A stretch of DNA of 64,000 nucleotides from an uncultured Candidatus Saccharibacteria bacterium (GTDB taxonomy: Bacteria; Patescibacteriota; Dojkabacteria; SC72), in contig CAZLLO010000003.1 in assembly GCA_964560525.1 (NCBI GenBank), positions 9,585-73,584 on the forward strand, in the 5' to 3' direction. The translations under genes and the position numbers were made by a program. The notes beneath the pieces are model-generated. The model saw nothing but the letters and a program-made list of their open reading frames with translations. It did not search any database and had not been told where the DNA came from. Shown in pieces: positions 58,113 through 64,000 of this stretch (position 1 is its first letter; every line of letters starts with the position of its first letter).

Positions 58113-59923
58113 TATGTTTTTAATATAGCTAAGAATGCTTCTTGAGGAATATTTACTTTTCCAATCATCTTCAATCTAGCTTTACCCTTTTTCTGCTTGT
58201 TGAGTAGTTTTAATTTTCTGGAATAGTCTCCACCATATAGTTTTGAGGTGACATCTTTTCTAAATGCACTAATATCTTCTCTTGCTATTACCTGTGCATT
58301 GATTGCTGCTTGTAGTGGTATTGGGAACTGTTGTCTTGGTATTACCGTTTTCATTACTTCGAGTAATTTAGCTGCTTTGGGTCTTGCATTTTCTCTTACT
58401 TCTAAGAAGCTTAGTGCTGGTATTTCTTCATATTTTACTAACACGGAGACTTTTACAATATCTGCTGGGAAGAAATCTATGAATTCGTATTCCATTGATG
58501 CATATCCACTGGATATATTTTTCATCTGGTCAAAGAAGTTTGATATGAGGGATGCAAGAGGGATGTCGTACTCTAGAATGATATATTGCTCTGCCATTTG
58601 CATATCACTTTTCCCATTATTTAGATATTTGGTATTAACATAGGAACCTCTCCTGAGTTGGCATAGCTTCATTAAATCCCCCATGTATTGAGAAGGGGTG
58701 AGGAGTTCTATTCTTACCCATGGTTCTCTAATCTCCTTTATAACTGCTGGATCTGGTAACTCTTGTGGAGTTTGTATACTCATATTTGTTCCATCTAGCT
58801 TAGTGACCTGATACTCTACAGTAGGGGCTGTAATTATGAGGTTAACGTCATACTCCCTTTCTAGTCTTTCTTGAATTATATCCATATGTAGGAGCCCTAG
58901 AAAGCCACATCTGAACCCTGAGCCAAGTAGGTTGGATCTTTGATCTGTGAATGTTAATGATGCATCATTCATTGCCAATTTATTTAGTCCTGTTCTTAGG
59001 TTCTCGTAGTCTTCAGAATCAATTGGGAAGAAAGTTGCAAAGATATTTGGCTTTGGAGGCATATATCCTGGAAGTGGTTCTGTATTCGTTTTGTCCGAGA
59101 TAGTATCTCCTACGGTAAAATAGCTAATATCCTTTAATCCAGTTGCAATATATCCAACTTCACCCGTATTCAATGCTCCTGTTTCTTCCAAATCAGGAGA
59201 GAAGACACCAATCTCAGTAGGTTTGAAACTCTCTTTCCTTTGTAAAATATTTAATGAAGATGGTTTCCCATGTGTATGCTTGATGCTTCCATCAAATATT
59301 CTTACAGCTACTACAACACCTCGATGTTCGTCATAGAAGGAGTCAAAGATTAAAGCCTTGAGAGGGTTGTTTTCTTTTCCGCTAGGGGTGGGGACTTTTT
59401 CGATGATTGCATCGAGAAGTTTGTCTACATTTTCTCCTGTCTTTCCAGATACTTTTATAATTTCATCTTTAGAAAATCCTAACAATCCTTCGATCTCTCT
59501 TTCTCGGTCTTCTAGTTTAACTCCAGGTAAATCTATCTTGTTTAATACTGGTATTAATTTAAGACCCAAATCTAAAGCTTTTCTAGTGTTTGATATTGTT
59601 TGAGCCTGTATACCTTGGCTAGCATCTATGAGTAATATTGCAGCTTCGCATGCAGCAAGAGAACGAGATACTTCGTATGAGAAATCTACATGTCCTGGTG
59701 TATCTATGAGGTTTAATTGGTATCCTTTCCACTGCATTGTACATGCTTGGAGTTTGATAGTGATTCCTTTTTCTTGTTCTAATTCCAATCGATCAAGGAT
59801 TCTTTCTTTATGCTTCTCGTGGGTAGTATCTGTATGTGTTGCTTCAAGCATCCTATCTGCGAGCGTAGACTTCCCATGGTCTATATGTGCAATTATCGAA
59901 AAGTTTCGTATTTTATCTAACAT
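58112..59923 (-). CDS. lepA: Elongation factor 4
   Basis: IRNFSIIAHIDHGKSTLADR, DTPGHVDF, GFRCGFLGLLHM, KLYGGD, IPQEAFLA. Confidence 0.98.
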   Translation of the reverse strand: MLDKIRNFSIIAHIDHGKSTLADRMLEATHTDTTHEKHKERILDRLELEQEKGITIKLQACTMQWKGYQLNLIDTPGHVDFSYEVSRSLAACEAAILLIDASQGIQAQTISNTRKALDLGLKLIPVLNKIDLPGVKLEDREREIEGLLGFSKDEIIKVSGKTGENVDKLLDAIIEKVPTPSGKENNPLKALIFDSFYDEHRGVVVAVRIFDGSIKHTHGKPSSLNILQRKESFKPTEIGVFSPDLEETGALNTGEVGYIATGLKDISYFTVGDTISDKTNTEPLPGYMPPKPNIFATFFPIDSEDYENLRTGLNKLAMNDASLTFTDQRSNLLGSGFRCGFLGLLHMDIIQERLEREYDVNLIITAPTVEYQVTKLDGTNMSIQTPQELPDPAVIKEIREPWVRIELLTPSQYMGDLMKLCQLRRGSYVNTKYLNNGKSDMQMAEQYIILEYDIPLASLISNFFDQMKNISSGYASMEYEFIDFFPADIVKVSVLVKYEEIPALSFLEVRENARPKAAKLLEVMKTVIPRQQFPIPLQAAINAQVIAREDISAFRKDVTSKLYGGDYSRKLKLLNKQKKGKARLKMIGKVNIPQEAFLAILKT

Positions 59924-59962
59924 ACGAGAATTATATATGATTACGTTGAAGTTTAGTAGGTA

Positions 59963-60532
59963 TTAAAGCTCTTTTTCAACCTTTACTTGCATTTCAAAGC
60001 TTTCGGAGAATTGTACTCCATTGAGATTCTCTGTGTATAGCCAGACAATTAACTTTTGTCCTGAGGCAAACTGTATTTTTTGTGTGTATGTTTGTCCTTG
60101 TGTATCCTCTATTGGATATGGTATGTCATCGATAATTATTTTGATATTACTGTTAGTAGAAACATCTGTTTGACCATAGAAAGAAAGAGTTTTAGTCTCT
60201 GACGAACTATTCACTATCTCTAAGATTGGTTTTGAGGAACTCCCTGATGTTGTTTTCGCAATGTTGGTAGAGTAGGCGTAGTGATCATCAGATATCTTTG
60301 AGAGATTTTCACTAGTAAAGACCTCGTGTTTGCCACCTACAAGGTCTACTCTAAGATCTGATTGTGTTGTTACACCTAGAACATTTAATTCTTTGAGCTT
60401 CTTAGTAATTGGTGTGAGATTTTGTACAGTGAGGGCAGGTATTATGAAAAGTAATGCCAATACCCCTAGCGCTATTGGCTCTAATATATGTCCTACAAAG
60501 TTTTTTATTTTTTCTGTATTTAACTTGGGCAT
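59963..60532 (-). CDS. Hypothetical membrane-anchored protein
   Basis: One N-terminal TM helix, soluble beta-rich C-terminus. Confidence 0.7.
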   Translation of the reverse strand: MPKLNTEKIKNFVGHILEPIALGVLALLFIIPALTVQNLTPITKKLKELNVLGVTTQSDLRVDLVGGKHEVFTSENLSKISDDHYAYSTNIAKTTSGSSSKPILEIVNSSSETKTLSFYGQTDVSTNSNIKIIIDDIPYPIEDTQGQTYTQKIQFASGQKLIVWLYTENLNGVQFSESFEMQVKVEKEL

Positions 60533-60533
60533 G

Positions 60534-61082
60534 TTAATAGTATTTATGTTCTGTTGGATATATCTTAGCAGTTTCTATTTCAAATGTCTTTATTGTGAAA
60601 AGCGATATTATCATTGCTAATGCTCCTGCTACGATTCCAACCCATGAGTAGGTATTACCTTGTAGTGTATGTGCAATGGTAACTCCTGATGCTAGCCACA
60701 TAAATGCGCACCAGATGAAAATTGTAAGAAAGGAGGTCTCTTTGCTAGTGATCCACTTTAAAATATTGAACTTTGTCATTTTAATAATTGTTCGTGGATT
60801 ACTTGCTACTGTATGGTAGAGGTAGGTTTTGAGTATAAAGGTGATCAATGGAATTGCGATTACTAAAACCATTACGAGGTTTGATATTGAGTTTACAAAA
60901 AGAGTAGTCTCTGGATTTGAATAGTATATCTGAATTGAGAAGATACCATTTAAATCGTTACTTATTTGGAAATTCAGATTGTATATTATGCTAGTACATA
61001 AAATACCTAAGAATTTACCCGCAATTATCAATATTGCAGGAACTATTGATATTTTAAGTGCTCTTTTTAGCAGCTTTGACAT
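60534..61082 (-). CDS. Hypothetical membrane protein (4 TM)
   Basis: Hydrophobic helices; overlaps the rpsT 3' end. Confidence 0.7.
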   Translation of the reverse strand: MSKLLKRALKISIVPAILIIAGKFLGILCTSIIYNLNFQISNDLNGIFSIQIYYSNPETTLFVNSISNLVMVLVIAIPLITFILKTYLYHTVASNPRTIIKMTKFNILKWITSKETSFLTIFIWCAFMWLASGVTIAHTLQGNTYSWVGIVAGALAMIISLFTIKTFEIETAKIYPTEHKYY

Positions 61083-61350
61083 TATTTTGGGCGAGTTTGT
61101 TTAAATTTTTTGTAAGGCGTGACTTCATTCGGTCTGCCTTCTTATCCTTTATAACATTTTTCTTAGCAGCTTTGTCGAGAACTTTAAAAACATGCTGAAG
61201 AGTTGCTTTCGCCTCGGTTTCATTATTTTCAGTGATGAGTGTTCGGAATTTTTTAATAGATTTTTTGGTTCTTACTCTTAATCTGTCGTTATTGACTTCT
61301 CGTCTCTTGTTTTGTCTTAGATCTTTGATAGATGTTTTTAGATTTGGCAT
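61054..61350 (-). CDS. rpsT: 30S ribosomal protein S20
   Basis: MPNLKTSIKDLRQ, LDKAAKKNVI..KADRMKSRL. Confidence 0.93.
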   Translation of the reverse strand: MPNLKTSIKDLRQNKRREVNNDRLRVRTKKSIKKFRTLITENNETEAKATLQHVFKVLDKAAKKNVIKDKKADRMKSRLTKNLNKLAQNNVKAAKKST

Positions 61351-61444
61351 TATGATTACTGATAATATAAACTGCTTAAAGTTACGGTATTATATATATT
61401 ATTCTGTTGTTTGTAAACATATTGTTTTGTGTTAAACTCGTACT

Positions 61445-61861
61445 ATGAGTGATAGGCGTAAGTTTGTAGGGATAACAATTTCAGCGATAGTTTTGATTGC
61501 TATTTTCGTAGGTACTTTAGTAATGTTAAATATTAGGAAAAGGAATATTGAGGCGCAATCTGTATTGGGAGAAATGGATATGTCGGTTGTTCCATATATT
61601 GTAAGCTTACCACCGCTTTCTGGTGTTGTAGGGGAAGAGTATGTTTATGATGTAAAATATTCGGATAGGGATAGCCAAAGCTCTGAGATATCAATAAAAT
61701 TAATAGATGCTCCTTCGTGGTTATCTGTTAATAGTATGACAGTATCAGGTATTCCGACTTCAGAGAATGGGGGACAAAATAAGTTTTCGGTTAGAATTTC
61801 TGATGGAAAGAATTCTTCTGTGCAGGAAAATTATATTTTAATACAAGACAATGTTGAATAA
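61445..61861 (+). CDS. Membrane-anchored Ig/cadherin-like domain protein
   Basis: TM; VGEEYVYDV..DRD, APSWLSV, VSGIP, VRISDG. Confidence 0.75.
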   Translation: MSDRRKFVGITISAIVLIAIFVGTLVMLNIRKRNIEAQSVLGEMDMSVVPYIVSLPPLSGVVGEEYVYDVKYSDRDSQSSEISIKLIDAPSWLSVNSMTVSGIPTSENGGQNKFSVRISDGKNSSVQENYILIQDNVE

Positions 61862-62261
61862 GAAGTATTTTATATTAACAGGTTTTATCGGGATTATTCT
61901 TGTAGGAATATCTTCAGGCTTGTTGTTTGTACGAAATACATTTGGTTCTGATATTTTTGCATCTTCAGAGAAGAATTGTATTCCATACAATGTGTTTGTT
62001 GAGAAGGGGAGTAGTGAGTATTCTGTACAGATTAGCTGGAATACAAGGAAAGAATGTTTGGGTTTTGTTCAGTATGGGAGTAATCGAGATGATTTGGATT
62101 TAGTAAGCGTGGATATGGAGAACAAAGCTAAATCTAAAGTACATACTGTTGTCATTGAAAAACTTCTTACAACACAGCGCTACTATTTTTTAATTAATTC
62201 GGAAGATAAGGCGTATGGATATAATGGATCAGCACTTGATTTCTCGCTTAAGAATCTTTAA
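61851..62261 (+). CDS. Membrane-anchored fibronectin-III-like protein
   Basis: VQISWNT, GFVQYG, HTVVIEKL...RYYFLINS. Confidence 0.75.
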   Translation: MLNKKYFILTGFIGIILVGISSGLLFVRNTFGSDIFASSEKNCIPYNVFVEKGSSEYSVQISWNTRKECLGFVQYGSNRDDLDLVSVDMENKAKSKVHTVVIEKLLTTQRYYFLINSEDKAYGYNGSALDFSLKNL

Positions 62262-64000
62262 CTATTTTCGTTTTTGAGATTTTCTCACAACTACCTCTTC
62301 AAAGTATTTCTTTGGTTTGAATATTCTCCAGGTATTTAATTCTGTATCTTTGAATACCCTGGAGTTTACAAATTTCTCTGTGAGGATTTGGCCTTGTGGT
62401 CTCGCATAAAGGAACCATCCTATTGCTACAACAGAGAGGCCAACGATAACTTTGAATATTACGGAGTCAAACAGCCCTGTAGATGGAGTGTGATTATCGT
62501 CTTGGTCTACTGTTTCTCCTGGATTGCTACAATCCTGAGCTACTAGGACATTGACACTGGTTCTAAGAGTGGAAGGATCTGCTGGTATTTGTTCTGGTGT
62601 TACGACAATCTCATTTTTATTAGATCCTGTTAAGGCACTTGAACCTGCTGTAGCTTGGAGCACGATAGTTAAAGATTGATTAGAGCTTAATGTCCATCCA
62701 TTTGTTTTTGATATTGTAATTTCTTGAGTGCTTCCAACTGTTGATATTGTTATATATCCAGAATCTGCAACAGCAACACCATTGATTTTGGAAGAACCTG
62801 TTTGATATACAAATCCTAGCGGTAGCTTGTCTAGAATAGAATTTATTTTCTGAGAATTTGTACTCTTGTTTGTTATAACAATTGTTAGTTGGGCTACATT
62901 ATCTGGAGAAATTCTCTCTACACAAGTTTTGTTTGATGTGTTTGTAACTAAGAAGTTTGATTCTACATCAGTCCCTCCACTAGGATTATCACTTGGGGTA
63001 ATGAATGTTACAGTACTGGTAGTAGTCCCAATAGAGGCATTTTCTACATATACTTCAGCCTTTACTTCCAACGAGCCAGTGTAATCATTCAGTTGTGCAA
63101 AACTAATATTACTAGAGAAATTAGAAGCAGTGTAAAGGTCTTGTTCTATCATCTCAATAACGCCTGTTTCTTTATCTACTGTCATTCCTTTGGTCATTGT
63201 TAACTCTGGATATTTGTTCTCAAATGTGAATTTAATTTTTACACCAGAAGAAGAGGCGAGTTTACCGACTGATATCTTAAGATCTGAGAGCTTTGTTTTT
63301 CCACTAGCTTCTCGTGTTGTAATTTGCATACTGTTTACGCTTGATTCTCCAGATTGTTGGACTTCAATCAATCTTCTACAAATAGGGGAATTGATTTGGT
63401 CATTGGTTGAAGTTGTTGCGGTTGCAACGATATTTATAGCGGTAATACCAGAGAGTGATGTAATAGCTTTCTTTATCGTGAGCTTGTCTGGTGATATTAC
63501 ATCAGGTGCTCCAGATTCGTTATTGATGACAAATTGGTAGTTTGTATATTCTTTATCAAATACAGCTTCTATATTCAATTGATTATCTGAGCTGATTTTA
63601 CCCGTTACAACTTTTCCATCTTTGTCAGTGATAGTCATTGAGTTACATCTTGTATCTGTTATGGATTGTAATTGACATATCTGATAGAGATCTTGTTGTG
63701 TTGAGCTATTTAGTAAGTTTGTGGAAAGTTTACTAGTTGAACATGCGACTTTGCATGTCTGAGTGCTGGGTACAGTTGCTGTTTCAAATTGAAATGCTCT
63801 TCGTGGATCTCCACATTCTGAGGTTACGGTTGGATCTATATAGTAACAACCACAGGTAGTGTTTGTATTATCACCAGTATCTAAAGAAGAATCTTTTATT
63901 GTATAGAAATAGATTGCTACGGCTACAAGGGCCAAACCTAAGACTCCTGTTACAATCAAGAGTATGGTTACGACTTTCTTAGATTTTTTTTGTGTTGTAA
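62262..64000 (-). CDS. Large surface protein with DUF11-like domain and TPSTG-TM-basic tail (start lies beyond the window)
   Basis: Frame open to 64000; N-terminal TM, Cys-rich region, ILDKLPLGFVYQTGSSKING, C-terminal HTPSTGLF + TM + KRK. Confidence 0.8.
   Translation of the reverse strand, partial: TTQKKSKKVVTILLIVTGVLGLALVAVAIYFYTIKDSSLDTGDNTNTTCGCYYIDPTVTSECGDPRRAFQFETATVPSTQTCKVACSTSKLSTNLLNSSTQQDLYQICQLQSITDTRCNSMTITDKDGKVVTGKISSDNQLNIEAVFDKEYTNYQFVINNESGAPDVISPDKLTIKKAITSLSGITAINIVATATTSTNDQINSPICRRLIEVQQSGESSVNSMQITTREASGKTKLSDLKISVGKLASSSGVKIKFTFENKYPELTMTKGMTVDKETGVIEMIEQDLYTASNFSSNISFAQLNDYTGSLEVKAEVYVENASIGTTTSTVTFITPSDNPSGGTDVESNFLVTNTSNKTCVERISPDNVAQLTIVITNKSTNSQKINSILDKLPLGFVYQTGSSKINGVAVADSGYITISTVGSTQEITISKTNGWTLSSNQSLTIVLQATAGSSALTGSNKNEIVVTPEQIPADPSTLRTSVNVLVAQDCSNPGETVDQDDNHTPSTGLFDSVIFKVIVGLSVVAIGWFLYARPQGQILTEKFVNSRVFKDTELNTWRIFKPKKYFEEVVVRKSQKRK

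Noticed and set aside
1-64000. Alternative genetic code (UGA read as Gly or Trp), CRISPR arrays, rRNA, IS elements, introns or inteins
   Set aside because: Core genes are full length under code 11; no repeat-spacer arrays, transposases or large insertions in rpoB, rpoC or dnaG were seen

Overview
AT-rich, densely packed chromosomal segment of a small-genome bacterium, very likely CPR/Patescibacteria (Dojkabacteria/Microgenomates-like; inferred from gene content: DUF4012 fusion, PrgI/VirB4 trio, pilN/pilO, comF, minimal synthetases, no Shine-Dalgarno motifs). Mostly core genes: valS end, metG, rpoD, rsmA, dnaG, ftsK, rpoBC-rpsL-rpsG, rplY, hrcA-grpE-dnaK, murJ, groES-groEL, folD-glyA-dcd-sufS, recF, lepA, rpsT and one tRNA-Trp. 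Three short accessory slots interrupt them (about 363-875, 38260-40060, 54540-57074). Best novelty candidate: a possible tryptophan-sensing locus at 55430-57071. It comprises an unannotated leaderless 17-aa peptide with one Trp codon and competing hairpins, then an A73-type tRNA-Trp, then a gene that is complete only after a +1 frameshift confined to five codons that include its only TGG. Other signals read directly from the sequence: pervasive leaderless gene starts, a CTGCC motif before leadered envelope genes, near-total avoidance of TGA stops, reversed silent-site strand bias beside the accessory slots, a structured rpoB leader, a variant CIRCE, and several enzymes with altered catalytic residues (DnaG, Dcd, WecA-like, SDR, ABC ATPase, protease-less Lon). 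All counts were made by hand; no database searches were run.
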